Shown here in pieces: positions 56,007 to 64,000 of a stretch of DNA of 64,000 nucleotides. The notes under the pieces are model-generated. The model did not search any database and was not told where the DNA came from. It saw only the letters and a program-made list of their open reading frames with translations. The stretch covers positions 54,250,001 to 54,314,000 of the forward strand of contig NC_043003.1 of NCBI RefSeq assembly GCF_006345805.1, in the 5' to 3' direction. The first letter of the stretch is position 1. Every line of letters starts with the position of its first letter. The position numbers were made by a program, and so were the translations under genes. This DNA is from Octopus sinensis (lineage: Eukaryota).

Positions 56007-56058
56007 TGAGAACGTACGTTTCAAGATTAGTCAACTCGACACTTCTATCATCAGCTCA
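56007..56058 (-). ncRNA. Type I hammerhead ribozyme motif (unit 1)
   Basis: Minus strand reads UGAG-CUGAUGA-UAGAAGUGUCGAGUUGACUAAUCUU-GAA-ACGUACGU-U-CUCA: helix I UGAG/CUCA, intact CUGAUGA and GAA core, palindromic helix III ACGUACGU, GUU cleavage triplet. Helix II has a U.U mismatch at its base, then AGA/UCU. Confidence 0.75.
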
Positions 56059-56564
56059 GAACTCCTTGGTTTGGATTTGAAAACACTGAAAGTGGGAGCA
56101 TACCCTTTCGGCTTCCTATCGCTTCTGAAGATCTGCTCGAAACTAACAGTGCCAGCAACTCAAATATGCAAGCGAAGAATTTCTCTGCTCTCCCCTTTCC
56201 ACCAGCGTGGGTTAAAATCAGTAAACACTATGCTTTTTTCGGTAAAATCCGAGGCATTAAATAGAGAGAGATGAATTATAATTTCAACAATTGAGGGTAA
56301 AATTAATTAATTAATCAATTTCACCAAGTATTCAGTATGCAAAGGGACCATTTAAGGCGAATTCAAATTATTACATTATATAAAAGGGCTTAGTAAAATA
56401 AATTACTTTGCCGCATACTGAACTCATTAGAAATAGCAGCTAAAAAAACTTTTTTAAAACTATTTCTAATACTTAAAGAAAACCTCTCTCATATAGTGTT
56501 TGCTCAATTCAACTCACGAAAGTATGGGGGTAAAGACATTAAAAAATCAAATGCAAAGGTTATT

Positions 56565-56616
56565 TGAGAACGTACGTTTCAAGATTAGTCAACTCGACAC
56601 TTCTATCATCAGCTCA
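56565..56616 (-). ncRNA. Type I hammerhead ribozyme motif (unit 2), identical to unit 1
   Basis: Same sequence as 56007-56058, offset by 558 nt. Confidence 0.75.
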
Positions 56617-57231
56617 GAACTCCTTGGTTTGGATTTGAAAACACTGAAAGTGGGAGCATACCCCTTCGGCTTCCTATCGCTTCTGAAGATCTGCTCGAAA
56701 CTAACAGTGCCAGCAAACTCAAATATGCAAGCGAAGAATTTCTGCTCTCCCCTTTCCACCAGCGTGGGTTAAAATCAGTAAACACTATGCTTTTTTCGGT
56801 AAAATCCGAGGCATTAAATAGAGAGAGATGAATTATAATTTCAACAATTGAGGGTAAAATTAATTAATTAATCAATTTCACCAAGTATTCAGTATGCAAA
56901 GGGACCATTTAAGGCGAATTCAAATATTACATTATATAAAAGGCTTAGTAAAATAAATTACTTTGCCGCATACTGAACTCATTAGAAATAGCAGCTAAAA
57001 AAACTTTTTTAAAACTATTTCTAATACTTAAAGAAAACCTCTCTCATATAGTGTTTGCTATTATTTTACTAAGCCCTTTTATATAATATATAATATATAT
57101 ATATATATATATTATATGTAATATATAATATATATAGACATTTATATATATATATATATATATTATACACACACTTGGAAATGGATGCCTCGCGTTTAAT
57201 TAAATAATAAATGATAAATATTATATGTATG

Positions 57232-57296
<65 letters not shown>

Positions 57297-57914
57297 GCAT
57301 GCATATATGGATACAGGACGTCACCGACTATGCAAATAACATGCAATATGTAAACACACGAGGGAAAACGTGTGAAATACATAAACAGCGAGAATAAATG
57401 GAGAAGAGTACAATTTAACATAGAGAAAGGTCTCTCATCAGTTAGGATTTATGGGAGGTCAAAGTTGGGAACAAAAAATTATAGTGGTGAGATACAAGGA
57501 AACCGAACTAAAACAAGCATGGAGTGTCTTTAGACTTGAACGAGAGGAAAATAATGAACGCTGGGAGAAACATTTTTTGAAGAGAGAAAAGATAGAAGAG
57601 AAAGAGAAAATCACATCTGTTCGTTTAAACGCCAGTGCAGGAAAAGAACTGATGAAGGGTCCTGAAGAACACGTTATATTCTTAATTGTTTTTTACATTA
57701 AGAAAGACAGATAAGAGAATTAGTTTTACCAAACCTTATAAATAATATTATCCCCACGAATGCAAGAAAATACAAGGATTTATGTAACTAAAATCTATTA
57801 GAGAGTACTCTTTGTAGGACACATAATGTAATAAGTCAGAGAGGCCTAATAGTGCAAGAGATTTTGTGATTGTGGGAATCGTTCTCACCACCTTATATGA
57901 TGAAGTGTTGCTCT

Positions 57915-58010
57915 CGTTGGAATTTGAACTCAGAACACAAAATAATCAGACAAATACCGCAAGATATTTTTGCCAGACGCTCCAACGATTCTGTTAATCC
58001 AACGCCATAT
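57915..58010 (-). mobile_element. SINE family C 5' fragment
   Basis: ggaatttgaactcagaac...aaataccgcaag. Confidence 0.5.
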
Positions 58011-59254
58011 CTATAATGAATAGTTGGTATCTAGAGAATGGAAATATCGAAGACAACTTGATAGAGTAATATAACTTGATAGAATAATATAATGGTTCAG
58101 AATAATAATGGGGAAAATAACAAATTACGTTTAGAGGTAAGTATTTCTAAATGTGTAAGCTTCTGTAATTACGTATATGATGAATTGCCCATGAATATAA
58201 GAATTATGAAAAGAAAATAAAGTATATCTTTCGGATACATTTTCCCCAGCTACACAAGAGCGATAAGGAAGTGTATAGAACTATTGATAAATTACATATT
58301 TTTCGTATACAAACGTTTATATTTTCCGCAATTTATTTTCATTACTGTGATTAATTCATATTCTATATTACGAGCCTCTATTGTGTTGATGATAATCCGT
58401 TTCTCTCTTGCTTGGCAGTAACTTATAAATTTCTTTGGAAACATTAACTATAATGTTGATGTAAATCCTTATATACAAAGTCAGTTTCAATTATTCAACG
58501 TTATTTAAATATTCCTAGCGGATGTTATACAAATTAAAACCGTATTATTCGGTGGCCAGGATAAAACAGGATACCTACTTAGATTTTCATCCATAAATAT
58601 ATGAAAACTACGAAACTCCACATTGAACAGAAACAATAACGGCACACTAGACAAAATGGATGACAATCAAAACAATTCTTAAAACTTTACTGCTCATTTT
58701 GTACGAAGGATCGAAAAGGCTTAAATGGACACAATATGGTTCATATTTTACAGCTTCTTTGAGACGCATACAACAGTATCTCTTTTCTTTTCTTCTCTTC
58801 GATTCTTTTCTGTGATTCGTTTTCCATTTTCAAAAGAAGAGTTTCTCGATCATCTTCGATTTTCATCTGGTTCGCAATCCCATAGGCAAGTAGCGTGATA
58901 TTACTGAGTAAGGGTGCTTCCTGTTAGATGTCAGTTTCATTGTTTCAGCATGGATGACTCTAATGCTCTCCACCAGTTGCGACAATGAGATAATTGGATC
59001 TTAGCTCCTGACAATAGCAAGTAGTAATTTTATGAACGACTCATGCCATGTGTGTCACAAGGACTAGCAACATATAATTTGTTCAAACTGTTGTTTTCAT
59101 TCTTTTAGCCTTTCTTTATAGAAAACATTAAATGACTTTCATTGTCGCAAGAGTACAATTGGGTTATCTGCCTTGAATACTGAGTTTTTGATTGACTACT
59201 TTTTGGTGCCCTCAATAGAAGACAATTCTGGTATTATGTTGTGGCCATAAGAAA

Positions 59255-59320
59255 TTGTATGTTCATGGTGACCCCCATTTAAAAACATATCACCGAAAGT
59301 TACGCCTTCACTGAACATGT
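59255..59320 (+). pseudogene. von Willebrand factor type D domain start, frameshifted relic
   Basis: (C)YVHGDPHLKTYHRK / YAFT / (G)TC matches the vWD N-terminal consensus C.x.GDPH..TFDG..Y.F.G.C. Confidence 0.45.
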
Positions 59321-60809
59321 GCTGATTAGTGGCACGAAAGGGACCATTAGCCAAACATTTCCTCACCACTTATGGCTGCGATCCTTATGTTCAGTTTTGT
59401 CAAGTATGGCGGGAACATCGTATGATCAATTGTATCACTTACCATTTTGGCATCCACTTCCCTACAACCACAATTTAAAAAATGATATGTAAACTATGAT
59501 ATGCATTCCCTCTCTCAATAACTGAGATTTCACTTATAGATTATGACTGAATTGTTCCAGCTATTGTTGGGTGGAACAAAACAAAATGCTTTTGTGGTCA
59601 TGGCATAAAACAGTTAGTTTACCTTCCAACTAACGTGCGTATGTATGAACGATTGTTAGATTGGTGTCTGTATTGTGGGTAAACGCTATACACACCTAAC
59701 TAGAAAGGTGCTTATAAGAGAAATAGGCAGATATAGACTTCATCTCGAGGACCCTGCAAATCGGTGCCACCAAAAAGCAAGTTTTCAACGTGGACCTTAG
59801 TATTAAAAAGAGCAAAATCAGATGTGCCAATGAAAAAAAAACAAAAACAAGAGACACAACAACACCAGCATTAACAGAAACAACAACACCAAACAACAGC
59901 AACCGCCCCACTCAATCCCAACACAAAAACTCAATACGTAGATTCTCCTCACTTCAGACTACTTGGAAGTTCTGTGACTAGGGCAACGAAAGAGAAAAGA
60001 AAAAAAATTCTACTAAAAAGAGAAATGGACAAAACAGTTCTTCTTTCAGAGAAAGCTGGAAAATTTGAAGTGAAGAAACTTGAAGAAAGCACAATACCTG
60101 TAACAAGTCTACAACCACTGCCAACTGCAAAAATCACACTGCAAAAACCACAAAAAAGCAACCCAATTCATATATCAAACCACAATAAGAATAATACCCT
60201 CAAAGTAACAATAAAGTACACGGTCATAGACACAAACAACAGAGAATAAATTAGACATAAACATCAACTCAAAGCATTATACAAAATGAATTCATCATAC
60301 CAGCAAATGACATAGAAATCTGAAAACCAACGCAAGACGCAATAAACTTAAACAAAAATATCCCAATGGAATGGTAGAATTCCGAAAATTCGTAAACACA
60401 ATTTAGTCTCAGTTAGAAATGGACTGAGAAGACGCTATCTCTTGAATGTTTAGCAGGAATGGCAAACATCTGCATCGTCTCTGACATCTTGGAGGTTCTG
60501 CTCAGCGCTGGATTGACCATTTTATAAAATAAGCACGTGCTTTAGGTATCAAGGAAAGGGGATACCGCAGAAATAGTAAACAGTTTACGGCACGAAGGAA
60601 ATCAATTTGAACTTTCTACAATAATATTCGGGATGCCTTATCTCTTTTAAGGGCAGAAGTAAATATATTATGTAAAATTAATTTTGAGGATCTGATCAAA
60701 GATTTCGCAATTATAAAAAGTAGAAAAGTTTAAATAAAGTGGACGTATACGTACATAAACATTATTTTCCATCTTGCTGTCATTTTTTATTTAATTTTTA
60801 TTTTTATTT

Positions 60810-60880
60810 ATTTTTTATTTTTATCTAGTTTCAGCTCACAAGCTGTGGCCATGCTGGGACACCACCATTTGGTGTTGCTA
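60810..60880 (-). mobile_element. Short SINE 3' fragment, same as the insert at 3790-3852
   Basis: atctagtttcagctcacaagctgtggccatgctggg is the reverse complement of cccagcatagccacagctcgtaagctgaaactagat. Confidence 0.7.
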
Positions 60881-61339
60881 CATGATTTTACTTCACGAAT
60901 GCTTTTTAGCAATTGCCATTTTTGCCTCATTTTGAAAAAAAAAATTAGATGATTTATCATTGGTTAAATTTTAAATTATATATACGCGGGGGCACCAAAC
61001 TCTTTTAAGTTCTTAAATTCTCTTTAGGACTTAATCCGGCCCTGCGTCTGCTCTTCTGCTTTGTATGAATGGGCTGGGTTTCATTTTTCTAACGCTCAAT
61101 TTGCTGAGAACAGTTGCTGCATGGAGGACAGAGCATCTGGCAGTAACAGATGATTTATAGGCAAGCGCAGGTGCTATATCTCCAGCGATTCCTTGAATCC
61201 ACCAAGGAATCGCTGGAGGCTTCAGGTGTGGCCGACATGTGTTTGACATTTGAAATAATGTCAAACGCACACACCTGCGTTCTACTGAAGTGAGACAGAA
61301 ACACAACAATGAAGTATGTTTGAAATTCTGGAATGTACA

Positions 61340-61720
61340 CTATAGTAGTAGTAGTAGTAGTAGTAGTAAAAGAAAAATAAGGAGAAAACGAAGAAAAAGA
61401 GGTAGTAGTAGTTGTAGTAGCTATAGCAACAGTGACAGCGGTAGTAGTAGTAGTAGCAGTAGTAGCAGTGACAGCGGTAGTATTAGTAGTAACAGTAGTA
61501 GTAGAGGAAGAAAAGACAGAAGGAGAAAATGAAGAAAAGAGGTAGTAGTAGCTGTAGTAGGTGTAGCAGCAGGGACAGCGGTAGTAGTAGTAGTAGTAGA
61601 AGTAGTAGTAGCAGTAGTAGCAGCGATAGTAGTAGTTGTAGTTGTTGTAGTAGAAATAACGGTAATAATAGTAGTAGTGGTATCAGTAGTAGTAGTAGTA
61701 GTAGTAGTAGTAGTTGTTGT
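61340..61720. repeat. Degenerate (AGT)n region with an ~141-bp internal duplication
   Basis: ggagaaaa.gaagaaaa(a)gaggtagtagtag.tgtagtag at 61381 and 61522. Confidence 0.9.
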
Positions 61721-62690
61721 AGTAACAAGTTAAAGAATAAATAAAGGAAATTGAAGAAAAAGAACCAAAACAAGTGAAGAAGAAGTAGAGGAATAGGAGG
61801 ACGAGGAGGAGGAGGAGGAGGACGAGGGGAATATATGGTATGTGGAGAAGATCGCTTACGTCAGCAGAAGGTTTACACATTTGTAGATTAGTGGTATAAC
61901 AGACCAAATACAAGATTGCTATGTATTCTATTCTAATCTGTAAGCATGAAAGACGATGAAAAGATTAAGATAGTCTTATAACTCATAATAGTTATCCATC
62001 TCACACGTAGTGGAACGTAAAAGTGCAGTTCTGAAAGAGAATTGTTTGAAACAACATAGCAATGATTACAAGTTATATATATTTATATATATATGTATTA
62101 GATGGTACATTAAATATAACTCAGTAACCAATTGAAGTTTGCACCAAAAGCTGAAATTAAATCTCGGAAAAACCTGCATTGCACAACAGAGAGAAAATAG
62201 GATTCTTTTATATCACACAATGCAATAAGTAAAATAAGCATGAGAAAATACGCAATACTACTGTTTTCAAAATATTTACGAAGTGGAGAAAATAGAAAAA
62301 TAACGCATTCAAATGAATAAATGTGTTACAAAAAAGCAATATAAACGTATGAATATTAATACACAAAATACTGAGATGAATAGGAAAAACAAAATAAGAG
62401 TATTAATACTTTAGTTGTAGCTGTAAGTAACTGGAAACTCGCGAGGAAGAAAAAAACAAACAAGATAATTGCAGAATTGAGTGTGTGTGCTTGCGTTCGT
62501 GTACACAAAGTAAAATATATACATATATGTATGTGTGTGCGCGCTAGCGTATGTGCCTATGTATATACATATATACCGTCATGCATATTTCATACACACA
62601 GGCGTATACATATATATTTATATACACATACGTATATACATACATATATGCATTTGCATATATATGTGTTTACATATATATATGTGTGTA

Positions 62691-62730
<40 letters not shown>

Positions 62731-62868
62731 TTCATACCCTTAAGGCAATGCCGTGTGGTTATATTTACAATGGACTCTAAGAGGAAGACGACTTTTTCAA
62801 ACATAATAAATGCATATATATACATACGTTCATACATACATACATACATACATACATACATACATACA

Positions 62869-62899
<31 letters not shown>

Positions 62900-63669
62900 G
62901 TATATATATATAAAGACATCAGCGAATGAATAAAGCAATAGCTTACAGAAAAATAACGTACATTAATGTGTAAGTACAAAACACATATTGGAAAAAATAT
63001 GTTTTGTGGATGGTTAAGTGAAGAAATTAGATGTGGACAGCAGAAGAAATTTGGATATATGAAACAGAACGAGGAAAATTCACATTACAACAGAACAGCA
63101 CGAAACAATATGCTATTTTACAATACAAATAGCGTATTATAATGATATGATATACGTATATATATATATTTATACATCGCATATATATATGCGTATATAT
63201 TTATATGTATACATGTATATATTTATATATTTATATTATTTATACATATCTATGCGTGTATGTACATATAAACAATTCGAGTGAGCCCCCCCCCCAGCTG
63301 TTGTCTCAGCATTCTTCAAGGAAAGGGATACTCTGATGTAAAAACCTTTCCATTTCAAGTGATTACTCGTCATTCGCCTTCCACTTTCATACTCATCACA
63401 CAGACTCAAAATGTGTCACTCATGTTGACGTTTGTCTCCTTACTCATTTTCATCTAGCATCTACTTACCGAAAGCCCTATAGAAATGGAAGAGTGATGTG
63501 TGTGTGTCGACCTAATCAAATGGAAGTGTTACGGTTACAAAGGAACGCGTATGAACTGTCCATCTGAGAGGTCATGGAAGGAAAGGCGAAAGAGCCGTTT
63601 AAAAGGAGGAAGTACAAGAAAACTACAATTATTTGTGAAGATGAAGTAACCACCTTCTCTGCTCTATCA

Positions 63670-63754
63670 AACTACTACTACTACTGCTACTGCAACTACT
63701 ACCACCACTACTGCTGCTGCTACACATACTACAACAACAACAACTACTACAACA

Positions 63755-63786
<32 letters not shown>

Positions 63787-63804
63787 TGCTACTGCTGCTG
63801 CAAA

Positions 63805-63835
<31 letters not shown>

Positions 63836-63968
63836 GCAATTACTTCTACTACTACTACTACTACTACTACTACACTACTGCTACTACTATACTACTACTA
63901 CTACTACTACTACTACTATTACTACTACTACTGCTATTACTACTACTATTGCTGCTGCTGCTACTACA

Positions 63969-64000
<32 letters not shown>
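63670..64000. repeat. (CTA)n/(CTG)n array running off the window end
   Basis: Direct inspection. Confidence 0.95.

Larger units (their letters stand above)
55720..57087 (-). mobile_element. Head-to-tail array (units 55720-56277, 56278-56834, partial 56835-57059) carrying a type I hammerhead motif in each full unit; candidate non-LTR retrozyme / PLE-derived non-autonomous element
   Basis: Units start ATAATTTCAACAATTGA at 55720, 56278 and 56835 and are near-identical, differing mainly by 1-2 nt indels. Flanked by (AT)n. Ends with a 28-nt inverted copy (57060-57087) of an internal segment. Hammerhead core is on the minus strand. Confidence 0.8.

Noticed and set aside
56125-56145. Plus-strand CTGAAGA...GAAAC in the array unit as a second-polarity hammerhead
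   Set aside because: The intervening TCTGCTC cannot form helix II and no helix I pairing is present.
55942-56772. Two repeated ORFs MLNSTHESMGVK... as a duplicated protein gene
   Set aside because: TTG starts, frameshifted between copies, no recognisable domain, and antisense to the hammerhead motif.
57644-57683. AAGAA-CTGATGA-AGGGTCCT-GAAG...TTCTT hammerhead-like relic
   Set aside because: Helix I and the core are present, but A15.1 is G and helices II/III are too degraded; not counted as a ribozyme.
63466-63565. Minus-strand segment with a strong acceptor (ccttccatgacctctcag) and donor (CG|gtaagt)
   Set aside because: All three frames contain stops; could be a UTR exon but cannot be supported from sequence alone.

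Overview
AT-rich eukaryotic nuclear DNA, very dense in microsatellites. The SINE and repeat repertoire looks like that of an octopod cephalopod (inference from pattern recognition, no database search). I cannot support any intact protein-coding gene: most ORF-track entries are translations of (AT)n, (CA)n, (ATAC)n, (ATAG)n and (AGT)n tracts. The window contains many tRNA-derived SINE copies, decayed Penelope-like (PLE), CR1/L2-like, RTE-like and LTR-gag fragments, two maT-type (DD37D) Tc1/mariner relics, a small non-autonomous Helitron, several fold-back elements, and scattered stop- and frameshift-ridden relics that resemble exons for extracellular domains (FN3, vWD, EGF-like). The most notable signal is a set of at least 11 type I hammerhead-ribozyme-like motifs in three repeat families. 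One family is an ~558-bp head-to-tail array with a hammerhead in each full unit, resembling a non-LTR retrozyme or circular-RNA template. Another is a near-identical inverted duplication with a hammerhead on each strand. All folds and translations were done by eye.
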